Assembly: GCF_009914755.1 (NCBI RefSeq)
Contig: NC_060929.1
Source: the human T2T-CHM13v2.0 reference genome, Homo sapiens
DNA length: 64,000 nt
Direction: 5' to 3' (one strand)
The notes under the pieces were generated by a model that saw only the letters and a list, made by a program, of their open reading frames with translations, did no database searches and was not told where the DNA came from. Positions within the stretch are counted from its first letter, which is position 1, and every line of letters starts with the position of its first letter. Shown piece after piece: positions 50,816 to 62,958 of this stretch. The position numbers were made by a program, and so were the translations under genes.

Positions 50816-53417
50816 CTTACTAAGCTCTGAGCCAGAAATGGAAACTGTGGAGTGACCACTTAGGAAATGCATTTCTTACCCTCGATCTGGATCTCTGGCG
50901 TGGGAGACTCATATCCACATGGTGCTTCCACCTGACAATGCTGTCACACGGACAGGAGGCATTGAGGGGTTGGAGTAGAGCATTTTTGGGTCGCTGTGCC
51001 ATTCACAGCCACCTGAAAATGGGTGTCTAAGAGCATACCACTGGCCTTCAGATTTGGTGCCACCGTGCCAAAAATGTACTTTCTGGAAAAAACATACCAG
51101 TTTGCTTTTCAGTTCTTCTTTCTGCTAGTGTCTAACCTGAGTGAAGCATTCTTGAGATTGATGATTAGAGTATTGAATAAACTCTACCAGGATATATGAT
51201 ATATCATTTAGCACCTGAAGTCCTTGAAAGAAAATTTGCAAAGCTACAACAGCTTGAAGTATTGTAGACTCAGTAGGAAAACTAAGTAGTTCTTTTGGGT
51301 TCCGTTCAGAGCTCTAAGTAAGGGTTGAGGGAAGTTTAAAAGGAATTAAGCCATTGACTAAAGTGCTCAACAGTGACAATCCCCTTTCCCCCAAGGGTAT
51401 TATAGGAATTTTATTTCAGTTCCTGTCTCAGAGTCATATATCTGTCATGTGATTGGCCACCCAAGAAACCAGCAGAAGGCTTCATCAGATCGTGTGGGGG
51501 AGATATATGACTTTGACTGCCTCTAAGATGGATTCTCATTCCATGTGATTCACTGGGAGACCTGGAAACACCTAAATGAGGATTCCTTCTTCTGTGCTAA
51601 GAAAATACTCTTGTGATTTGAAAGCACAAATGTGTAAAAGGGCATGGGCAGATAATTTAACAGATAGCCTTCCACAGCCCTGAGTAATTTAAATCATCTC
51701 CACTGGATTAGCAATTCCAAGACATTTTTATCCCACTGAGCTAGCCACAAAATAAATTAGGTACCTAAAAAGAAGCTTCTTGAGATCAAAGACTTTTTCA
51801 ATAAAATACCTCCACAGAGCCTCTTTATAGGGCTCTGCGCACAGTGAACAATGAAGAAATGTGCACTGAATAAATACTGAGAATTTCTATTACCATTATT
51901 AGAAGGGATTAAATATTTCAGGCAGATTTTTTGTTGTTGTTAATGAAATTGATACCTGGACCAAGGCATTCAAGGAAAATATGATTTTACTTAGTGAGTA
52001 ATATTAAGCACTTTCACTTATAAAAATATAACTTTTTTCCCATGGTTCTTTCAACATTGAAAGTACACATTTCCTATCGAGAGTGTGCGGTGGGTTTGGG
52101 TTCAGGACGTGCCCCCTCCGCTGGCGGCCCCAAAGCAGGGCGGCCGTGGGTACACTCACTGCCCGGACAGCTCATTGAAAGCTGCCTTGACTCAGAGAAG
52201 ACAGCAGTTCACACAGGCATTTGGGTTCTGGAAGCAATTCCCATGTTATTTTCTTTTTTAAAAAGTCGTATTATAAATGTAATAGAGCTCCAAAGAGAGT
52301 GCCTTTCCATCCACTGTGGGCCTTTCAAAAGAGCCTGAAGGAACGCCTGTGTCGACAGATCACATCCGCAAGAAGGAATGAGGTTCCCCAAAGCTTCCAG
52401 TGGGGGATTAGCTCCTGCAGAGTGTAAAGACCTTAGTGTATTCATATTCGTTTCAGAGGAAATTAAAAAAAATCCTGGGAATAAATGTTAAACAAGTCTT
52501 CCTGCTGCTTTTTCTGTCTCAGCATATGAAGCTGAGGTGGCAGAATGTGAACCTTGATGGCAACAGGGGAGTTGCTGCACTGGAGTAAACCCTGCCTGGA
52601 GGAGCCCTGCCTTTTTCTTTTGATTTTAAAGAGCAGAAAATAAAAAGTGGGACCTCTGCACGGTGCCCCTCACCCCCACCGTTCCACCAACAGCGAGAAA
52701 CTAGGTCAGAGTCAGGAAGGCCCGACTCAAGCCCTTAGTGGTGACCTTTAGAAGATAATGTATAGTTCAGTCCACAAGACCATCTGTGCAGGGCCCCAGG
52801 GGAAGCGTTGTGATGGGTGCAAAAAGCCAGGCCCTGTCCTGGAGGAGCTCAGTCTACAAGAGGCACATAACCACAATATCAAACACTGTGCAGATGCTGT
52901 GTGAGGTGGCCACAGCAGAGAGCTTGAGCTCGGGGCTGTCAGGCTGTCTAAGTCATTCAGCTGGGAGGAGTCAAGGTTCCAGGCCTCTTGTGTACAGTGC
53001 AAAGCTGGGGTTGGCTTAGAACCAGGAACCAAAAGATACTTTCCTGTCCCTGAATGGGGAATAGAAAAATGCTGCCCTCAAGCCAGTAAGCTAAGGAACT
53101 GTCCATCTTGGGGCACTGGTGAAAACAAAGTCACACTCTAAAACCTAGCCCTAGTCGTAGGATGTTATGAGGCTTGATTTTGTACTACTTGCCAGCTATG
53201 GAAACCCTGAGCCAAGAAACTAATATAAAAATTGGTCTAGAGCTGTTGAAACCTGTAGGTTCCTAGAAGAAGAAAGAAGTCACTCCGCAGGGATGCTTCT
53301 GACTCTTCTGCAAGACTCCAACAAGAAGGCAGCACCCACTAAAAAGGTGTTGACAGAGACAAATGACAAAGGTCTCAGGGAAAGTCACTGTTATGAGAGA
53401 TTTGACTTTTTGCGTGC

Positions 53418-53819
53418 TGTAGGATATTGTGGTGTGCTGCCTCAAGCCCAGCTTTGCTACTGGATGGAGGTGCTCATTCCGACTGTTTGTGGGAGTGTAG
53501 GGGGCTGACATCTCGGATGAGTTGTTTCCAGGAATTACCTTTAGCCCACTTGAACCACCTCGCCCTTGGTCATACTTCCTCCCACAGTAGCCCATGACCA
53601 ATGACTGGTCAATGTGGGGTGTATAAAGGACTGTTCCCTTGCCTCAAACCAGGACAACCCTAAAGGACATTCATTCCATCCAGCTCCAGAGCTGTTAAAC
53701 TCCTCCCTCAGCTCAGTGCTGCTTGCCTCACTTCCCAACAGGTGTTGATCCTGAGAGCAATCCCCAAACCCCAAATCCCCATTTCAGAATCTGTTTCCTG
53801 GGCGACCTAATTTGAGACA
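53418..53819 (+). mobile_element. LTR16-type (ERVL) solo LTR
   Basis: ccaatgactggtcaatgtggggtgtataaagg...ggacaac...cagctccagagct...caggtgttgatcctgagagca...cagaatctgtttcctggg...gaca follows the LTR16 layout as I recall it. TG...CA ends. Confidence 0.8.
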
Positions 53820-55425
53820 GGTACTCCCAGATTTCCATTTTCAATCCAGACCTCCTTACTGAGCGCCAGACTCCTCTCCAGCTGTCTTGGCAACATCTTC
53901 ACTTCCATGTCTCACATGCATCTCCAACTAAACCTGCGTAAAACTAAAACCACTCTATTCACTCCCACTAACTGCCTCTCCCATCTTTCAGCAGCTCTCA
54001 CTCCCAATCATCCAATTGCTCTGTCGAGAAACCTTGACACCTCACTCTTGCTCACCCTTCTATCCAATCAGCCACCAAGTCCTGTTGATTGCATATTCTT
54101 AATGCATTTCTTCATTTCTGCTGCCACCTGACTAGTGTCACCATCCACTCTGGCTTGGACCCCTGCAGTAGCCTTCTGCATGACTTCACACTTTCTTTCT
54201 TTAGTTCATGGTGGCCAGAGTGAAGTTTCAACCACTTGCTTATTTTATTGTTTCAGTTTATTCACTTGTTTTGTTAATAGGTAGCTCTGTCCCATAGATC
54301 AAAATGCAGAAAGTACTGTGGACATAAAAGTCTAGTCTCCTTCCAAGATGCCATCAGTAATGTTGGCAGATTCTCAGGTATTCTTTCAGAGATAATTTTT
54401 GCCTATTCAAGCATCTAATCGTATTCCCCCTTTTATTCTCTGGCTGTCATTCTCCCACATGTATATGTAGCACACTATATACACTGTTCTGTACTTTGTT
54501 TCTTTATTTACCGATACAGAGTGATGATGCCTTTAAAGCGTAAATCTGATCATCTCACACCCAAGCCTAAAATCTTTTTTTGGCTTGCCATTACTCTTTG
54601 CTAAATCCCCAGTTCCTTAATATGGTAGCCTATGGGTCACATAGAGTCTCCAGAAACATTTTCTATGGCCCATATAGCATTTTACAAGATTAGATTCTAA
54701 ACATCTCTAGACTGGCCGTGCCCTGTTCAGAATGTGACCGCCCCCACCATCCTCTGTTGTGTTAACCTGCCTCCCATCACCCCGTCAGATATTTCCGTGG
54801 CCTGTCCATCTCCCACAGGCATTGGCAATTGTGCTGCCTTCCTCTCAAGCCTCGGCTGCAGCCCATCTCCTCTTCTCTCTCTGGCCACATTGCCTTTTTT
54901 TCCATTCCTTTAGTGCCCTGAGCTCCTTCCTACTTCAGCATGGCACAAGACTCTATGGCAAAGCTGCCAATATTCCATCTTTTTGCATTGCCTTTTCCTC
55001 CCTTTGCACTTGTATGATGCCCGTGTACCCCTCAGGAACCCAGATTCTCTGATTTATCATTTCCTGATATCCTTTCTTTTCTCTAACAGCACTTACCACA
55101 CTTGTCTTAACTGTATTTTGTCAATTCTAAAATTTATGTTTTTGTTTTTTATTTTACATTTTAATCTTTCTGAAACTGGCAAGTGTCTTGCAATTAATGG
55201 TGACTTACGATTATAATGGTGAAATTAATGGAATGTTACATTTGATGAAACTGAGTAAATATTTATCTGTAAAAACATCAGCTTAATAACTGTCTTTCCC
55301 ACTAGAGTTTATGTGCCAGAGGGCAGTGACTTTGGTTTTCCTGATCCCCCTATATCCATGGTGCCTAGCACAGGGTCAGGCATGTAATAGATGCTCAGCA
55401 ACTATTTGTGGACTGAATGAATGAA
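53820..55425 (+). mobile_element. Fragmented L2 LINE, with other old inserts
   Basis: catgtctcacatgcatctccaactaaac...ccaatcagccaccaagtcctgttgatt..., ending gtgcctagcacag...gctcagcaactatttgtggactgaatgaatgaa (L2 3' terminus). Confidence 0.7.
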
Positions 55426-55826
55426 CGAGGAAGGGGTAAACTGAACTTAGTTTTATAGATCCTGAATTTGCCTCTCTCAATATTTTAACTGTCCAAATTT
55501 CATGCGTTCATGTTCTTCCTTGACTGTATCCTTTAAGGCTTTGAGAGTTTGCCCTCTTCCCCTTAATCTTTGTGTTTCCAGACTGAAGAGATTGACTAGC
55601 TCAATATTGCTTCTTGCAGAAATCACTTCATCTTTTTGGTCATTTTAATAACCCATCTCTGCACCTTTTGCCGTTGTCTATGTTGTCTTTCTTGTGTTGG
55701 GATGAAATTTCCTGTCCTTTTTCTGAAAATTTCTTGTGTTTAGTTTATACCTTTAATGGACATAGTCAGTGAGGCTGATATTTAGGAAGAATAATCTTGT
55801 GTGTCTCCTAAAAGTGCTGCTTTAAA

Positions 55827-55888
55827 TTTTTTTTAGGAGATAGAGTCTTACTCTGTCACCCAGGCTGGAGTGCAGTGGCATGATCATA
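55827..55888 (-). mobile_element. 3'-terminal fragment of an AluJ-type element
   Basis: gagatagagtcttactctgtcacccaggctggagtgcagtggcatgatcata, then an abrupt end. Confidence 0.85.
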
Positions 55889-56010
55889 TACAATAGAGCA
55901 TTGTAAACTATCGTCACCCTACTGATCTATCAAACACTAGATCTTATTTCTTCTACCAAACTGTAAATTTCTACCCATTAATCAATCTCTCTTCATCCCT
56001 ACTCCCCTGT
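55889..56010 (-). mobile_element. L1MA-type 3' UTR fragment
   Basis: actatcgtcaccctactgatctatcaaacactagatcttatttcttctaccaaactgta...acccattaatcaatctctcttcatccc. Confidence 0.75.
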
Positions 56011-56074
56011 CACCCACACATTCTTTTGTTTTAATATAAAAGGTTATGTGACCTTAACAATTTTTTAGAATTAA

Positions 56075-56383
<309 letters not shown>

Positions 56384-56882
56384 CAGTTAGGTTACTTTCT
56401 AGGAGTGTAAGTCAGAGCTCAGAATCTATCATCTACACTTAGAGTATTATTTGTATTATTTACCCCCAGAAGCATTTTATTCCTTTTCTTACAGTGAGGC
56501 AGCTGGCCAGTATTTCCCACTCTCTTGCATGTTGATGACATCTTCATTCTATGGTTTTTCTCACCATGCATTACTTCCTGTTAGTTTGAAATTGCCTGGC
56601 CTGTAGAAGCTTAATGTTGCCTAAAACCTCGTGGGCTTCCCTGTGCTTTGCCTCTCCTGGATTAGTAATGAAAGGGCCAAACAAGGTGGTTCTACCCCAA
56701 TCTCTGACAATGCTGCTGTTTTTATGTTTTATTTAAAAAAATGCCAGAGCATGGCAAAACATTCCTTCTTGTCGTTCAGTGCCTATTTAAAAAGTAACAA
56801 TCTGTGTGCCATAATATATTTTTTAAGTGTAAAAACTGTCCACAAATTCTATATTGATTATATTCTTTTGCCCCAGAATTGA

Positions 56883-57005
56883 AATATACATAAATATTTG
56901 TATATAGAATAAAGACATACATACAAACATACGTACGTAGGTGTATATAAGTATATGTATAACGTAAGTATATATAACATGTATATTTATGTATATAATA
57001 CACAC
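56883..57005. repeat. Degenerate (TA)/(TACA) low-complexity tract
   Basis: Read directly. Source of ORFs 56776 and 56823. Confidence 0.75.
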
Positions 57006-57232
57006 AAAACAATGTACTAGCTGTAAAAACATCCTTTAAATTTCGAAACACAGCTATTGAGCAGAGATGCTATGAATGTATGGTCAGAAAAAAAAAATTC
57101 TGTCTTATAAGTCTGAAAGCTAAAACTTGCCACCTAGATATGTTCTTAAGTGAATGTGTGACCCAGGGTAAGTTACTGGACCTTCTTGGGACTCGGCTTT
57201 TGTCATTTGTAACAGGAGAAGGTAGGATTAGA

Positions 57233-57385
57233 TCAGTGATTCTCAGCCCCGATTTCACTTTAGAAGCAGTTGGGAAACTTTAAAAAATGTAGATGCCCAG
57301 GCCCTATGGAGAGATTATAATGTAGTTTTTAAAGATTCTCCTGTGTGAGTCTAATGTGCAGTACCCAAGGTTAAGAACTGCCAAC
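57233..57385. mobile_element. MER5-like DNA transposon next to a MIR fragment (about 57135-57232)
   Basis: cagtgattctcag...gatgcccaggccc...tctaatgtgcag...ggttaagaactgcc. Confidence 0.65.
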
Positions 57386-58149
57386 TAGACAAACGCTAGG
57401 CTCTTTCTAGGTCTGCAAGTCTCTTGCTTTACTTTTCTTTCCTAAGACAGTATGGGCTATGCCGACAGAGCCCTGCAGACAGAGCTAGTCCTCTGGTTGG
57501 ATTTGCTTAACACATGTGATGCTGCAGAATGTTCTCAGTTGAAGAGTGCTTAGGCAGCACACCTACCCCTTTCTGTGCCCACACATGGCATCTCCCTGTC
57601 CACTTGAGCACAGAGCTTCGTGGCAGTCATAGTCCCCCACCGTTGAGGATGCCTGCATCTTCGTGCCATGTAGCATTCTCAGCGATGATCTGTGGCACAG
57701 CATGAGGAGTGCTCCCAGGTCATGTGTTTCCTGCCACGCGGCCTTGAACTGGTGGCCAGTGGCCATAGTCTGCATTATTTTGTTACTTGCTATCACAGTC
57801 TTTTTGCCAATATCCTTTTCAAAATTTTTGGTCTCTAATTTCATTCTCTTGACCACCTGGTAACTTTAATCTCTCAGCCTTGAAATGATCCATAGATATA
57901 GTAGTTAAAATAAAAAAAGAAGAATTTTTAAGCCTATTAGGTTCTAATCACTTCTGGACCTATGAAATGACCAGCAAATAGTTTACAAATATTATTAACT
58001 CACTAATGTCTTAATAAAAAGAACAGCAAATTCTAGCTATATTATTAGATTTATCTCCTCGGAAGTATTTCTTCTAGTTCTCTCCCCACTTCCACTGCCA
58101 CCACCCCAGTTTAGGGCCATCTCCCTCACACCCGTCGCTTCTCCTTCTA

Positions 58150-58630
58150 TAACAAAAATGGTAGTTGCTGTTCATGATAGGCCCTGTAATAAGTACTTTC
58201 ATTGGTGTATTTAAACCTTGTAAAAGGGGACTTTAAAGATGAGGATGCTAAGGCTCATAGGGCCGAACATCTATTTAGTGTCAACCATAGGTCAAGCTCT
58301 TTACTAAATGCTGTCTCTATGTTATGTCATTCAGTCCTGAGAGTGACTATTTTACATTATACCAGGGACCAAATCACGGATTTAGATGTTCCATACTTGC
58401 CCAAGGCTAGTAAATAGTGGAGTTAAAACCTCAGCCATCTCAGCCACCACACCATGCTGCTATTATTTTTAGAAGCATTAGTACCACTGTCCTCATTTTA
58501 TAGATGGAATAACTGCGGCCCAGAGCTATTGAATACTTTGCCTAAGACCACTTAGCTAATAAGAGGAAGAGGCAGGATTTGAACCTAGGTCTTTCAGATT
58601 CCAAAGCCCGAGTCACAAGCACCACACTTG
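58150..58630 (-). mobile_element. Tandem MIR fragments
   Basis: ctcattttatagatggaataactgcggcccagag...ggcaggatttgaacctaggtctttcagattccaaagccc. Confidence 0.7.
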
Positions 58631-59460
58631 GTTGCCTCCTACTCTTTCCTTATCCACTTGCATCCCATCTATAAATCAGGTCTCTCTCAAGCCCTTCCTG
58701 AACACTGGTTCTATTTTTCTTGCTATCCCTCTGCTCAGGAATGGTCTGTGTCTACTTCCTAGGTCTGAAATATCTTATTTATTTATTTGGACTTTTAAGG
58801 CCCTCTGAGGTCTCCTTCTGACCCCCAATCCTTATTCCTAGAGTGACCAGATCCCATGCCCTGCTCAGTCAGCCCGTCTCCCTTACTGCATGCGACACTC
58901 CTCCTGCCTCCTCCCACCTGCATGCTAGACTTCTCCTGCCTCCAGGTGTCTTTCGTCTTGTTCCCTTCATCTCTTCAAATAGCTTTTCCTGGATACCTAT
59001 CCTGTGCTGCCAAGATCTGGAGGAAAGCCTGAAATTCTCCATCAGTCAAGCTGAATCCGTTTTCTCTGCACTGCTCAGGGCTACCCTCTCTGGGCAACAT
59101 CCCCTGCTCACTCCCTCTCTCTTGCTGTGCCTCCCATCTAAACTCCCTCCAGGCATAGGTGCAGTGTGGTGCTCACTATGGACTCCTGTATGTCTGAAGT
59201 CATAAGTGAACTCCATGAGGGCAAAGACCATGTAAAACAATCCTGAGCATACAGTTGCTTAATAAATAGGCATCAGATGAGTTATTAATCTGTGATAATA
59301 GTTTTTTCCCCTCAAATCAGATGGTTTGTTATGTTAATTCTGAGTCCAGAAACACAAATTCTTAAAAGGTTGATTTATTTGATTTTTTAAAAGTATGTGT
59401 TATTGTGCTTATTTTAAAGGCTAATAAAACTGTTCTTCTAAACTGTTGCTATTCTCCTAG

Positions 59461-59803
59461 TAAATGTCCCTTCAACGGTAATGGAAGCCATGTGCAGACA
59501 AGACGCCCTGCAGCCCTTCAACAAAAGCAGCAAACTCGCCCCTACCACCCAGCAGCGCTCCGTTGTTTTCCCCCAGACTCCGTGCAGCAGGAACTTCTCT
59601 CTTCTGGATAAGTCTGGGCCCATTGAATCAGGATTTAATCAAATCAACGTGAAAAACCAGCGAGTCCTGGCAAGCCCAACTTCCACAAGCCAGCTCCACT
59701 CGGAGTTCAGTGACTGGCATCTTTGGAAATGTGGGCAGTGCTTTAAGACTTTCACCCAGCGGATCCTCTTACAGATGCACGTGTGCACGCAGAACCCCGA
59801 CAG
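59461..59803 (+). CDS. PRDM6: PRDM6 internal coding exon (probably exon 6), 343 nt, linker plus first zinc finger: (L)[13 protein letters not shown]...[26 protein letters not shown](R)
   Basis: Acceptor attctcctAG, donor CAG|GTAACC. In frame with the previous exon (T|TA = Leu). Matches ORF 59481..59807 and the PRDM6 protein sequence as I recall it. Confidence 0.97.
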
Positions 59804-61604
59804 GTAACCCTGACTCTCACTGCTGACAGTGTGTTTGCTTAGTGAGACCCACTGCTTGCCTTCCCGCCAACTTCTGAGCACCTCCACAGGGGAAGCCCTG
59901 TGATTTGTGGTGTCTGCATTCTGGAAGGTCAGAGAGAAATGCAAGACCACTGCTTGACTTTCTTGCATATAAGGGCTGCACAGACAGGTTGGTGGCTGCA
60001 GAGAGGAATCTGCACTTGCCTTCCGAACAGTTCTGCCCAAGCCTAAAAGAGAGAGAAATAGAAGGAACGTTTATGAATATCATAGGTGGAAAAATGAGGT
60101 CAGGATAATTAGAATCTTCTCTGTCTTCCAAAGATAATATAGCTGGCTGCTCTGCTGCTGTCACAGTCATTTCAGGGTTCACCTCCAGTGTGCCGTGGGT
60201 ATGAACTTAATTAAGTACTAAGAGGTAATGAATTGGAATTTTTTGCTTAGTACTATTTTTCTTCAGAGCATGCAAACCCATAAATCCTGCAAAGCTGTCA
60301 AAAGGAAATACCTACTCTGCTAGTGATGTGGAGGAAAACAGATGCCACTTATTCAATAAACTAATATCCACACAGAAGAAAAATGTTGACTAGATACCTC
60401 AGAGTCAAAGTTGGTTTGAAAGTTTGTCAATAAAGAATTTTATGGCCATGAACTGAGGATGAAATTTAGCTGAACAAGTGAATTAAAATTTCAGGTACTC
60501 TGATGAGTGGCACAGTAGATATAATGGAACTATTATTTATGAATCAAAACCGGTTTATTTGACAGTTTTGATAGCTGGGAGCGCAAAAGACAAAAATCAA
60601 ATTAATTCAATAAGAAAGGATTGCTTGTGTTTTTATCTCTCCTTCATGTTCTATGAAAACTTGATTAAAATCCAAGTATCTAAGAATAGCATTCAAAATG
60701 CACTTTGAATATAAAAGCAGAAGATAATTTTTGAAGCTGGGGTAGGAGACTTGGAAGCAGGGCTCTTGGGTTATTTTCTTAATTTTGCCACTAATTTAAG
60801 CAAGCCACTTGGCTCTCCTCGCCTAATAATGTACACCCAGCTCTTCCCTCCCAGCTCTGGAGGGTACACAGTGTGCCTAGAAAACCCAAGCAGAGGCAGG
60901 GAGGATGGAGGTGGCGGGGAGAGGGAGTGGATATTTTGTAAAATAATAATAATCAATTACAGGATACATGTGCACATTACACATGCATACATTTTTATTT
61001 GTGCTGTTGGAAAAACTACTTGCTTAGCATCAACATTGCTGTAGCTAATTAATGTTGAAACATTAATTAGGGTTGTTAAGGCAGCTATGTCTTCACAATC
61101 TTTATTTTCAATAGGCGAGCCCCCTGGTGAGAGTATCAACAGACTTCTGCACATCTTAGTACTATTGGCGTAGAGGTGATACAAAAGTTAAAAATGTTTT
61201 CCTCATTCAGAAAAGATATTTTTCAAAATTTGCCTTCCTTGCAAGTATACGTAGAACCTCAAGATATGTCTCTTTTAAGTTTGCAAAGCATTTTAGTAGT
61301 CTTTAAAATACAAAAGATGCATTAAAATCTGATTATAAACTTGCTTTTTAAATAGAGTGAATTCAGATGGTTGGATCTATTATTTGCAAAGGTTCATTAT
61401 AGTCATAATAACTAATTATACCAGGTAAAATAAAATAATAGTTGAAAAATTTCTGGATAGTAGAACTTTAAAAGTTTAGCTTTGAAGATGAGATGAGTTT
61501 ATGCTGAATGCCATATAAAGCAATGAAACTATTTCATGGTAGGTAGATACTGAAACAGACTGTTTTGTCTGATCTCAGTTACGCTTAGAAAATCATATGT
61601 GTGG

Positions 61605-62037
<433 letters not shown>

Positions 62038-62730
62038 TTAGGTCTATACTGATTCCAAGCTAATTTAGAGTTACTGGCAAAAATCTAGGCGGCATGAGAC
62101 TCCTGTCTTATCATGGACCCTGATGGGCTTATTTGATTCAGATGTCCAAGTGTGGAATTGCCAGCCTTTCCAGATGAGGTGAAGTAATGGGCTTGTTATC
62201 TGGGAAGGTGCCAGAGTGGGATTAAATTACTGAAGCAGTGGGTTCCTTCCCTGCAGTTTGTTGGTAAAGACTTGAGAGGTGTTCACCATCATTCTTGAAT
62301 AAGTTAAAATAAAAAATTACTTCAAAAGATCAGTTCCTTTATAAGCAAAGTAATAAAATACAATGTTTCTTAGTAATGATGAGGAAATGCTTGACTTACA
62401 TCATCACATCTGAGTTGATTGTTGAAGATAAGGGGAAATAGAGGGAGATATCCAGTCACTTGGACCCCCTAATTTCATTCTAGTTACATAATTTGCTTTT
62501 AGTATAAAGGGCTGGAATGGCTCATTTCTGTTCCGGAACCCAGTATGCTCTGTTTGTACCAGAAAGTTTGGAGATAAGAGATACTCTCCGTAATTTCTTA
62601 ACCACATGGGTGAATTGCTAAACGGAAAAAATGTACAGAACTGTAATGGAACATCAAATTTGTTCATGACAGTAGCTACGTTTGGAACCTTTTTATGGTT
62701 ATTATCCACGTGGATTATTACTGCTGAATA

Positions 62731-62958
62731 CAGGTTGAGTATCCCTTGTCCAAAATTCTTGGGACCAGAAGAGTTTTGGATTTTGGGTTGTTTTGGATTT
62801 GGGATGTTTGCATTATACTCACTGGATTAGCATGCCAAATCTGAAAATCTGAAATCTGAAATGCATCATTGAGCATTTCCTTTGAGCATCATGTTGCTGT
62901 TCATAACATTTTGGATTTTGGAGCATTTTGGATTTTCATATTTGGGATGCTCAACCTG
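62731..62958. mobile_element. Tigger4a/MER46-type Tc1-mariner MITE, complete
   Basis: Terminal inverted repeats caggttgagtatccc ... gggatgctcaacctg, flanked by TA on both sides (62729-30 and 62959-60). Confidence 0.92.

Noticed and set aside
49925-55425. Oppositely oriented L2 copies as a dsRNA stem
   Set aside because: Both are ancient and appear too diverged for extended pairing.
59639-60182. Antisense ORFs of 133 aa and 121 aa overlapping the exon
   Set aside because: Shadow frames of GC-richer coding and flanking DNA, with no domain or independent gene signals.
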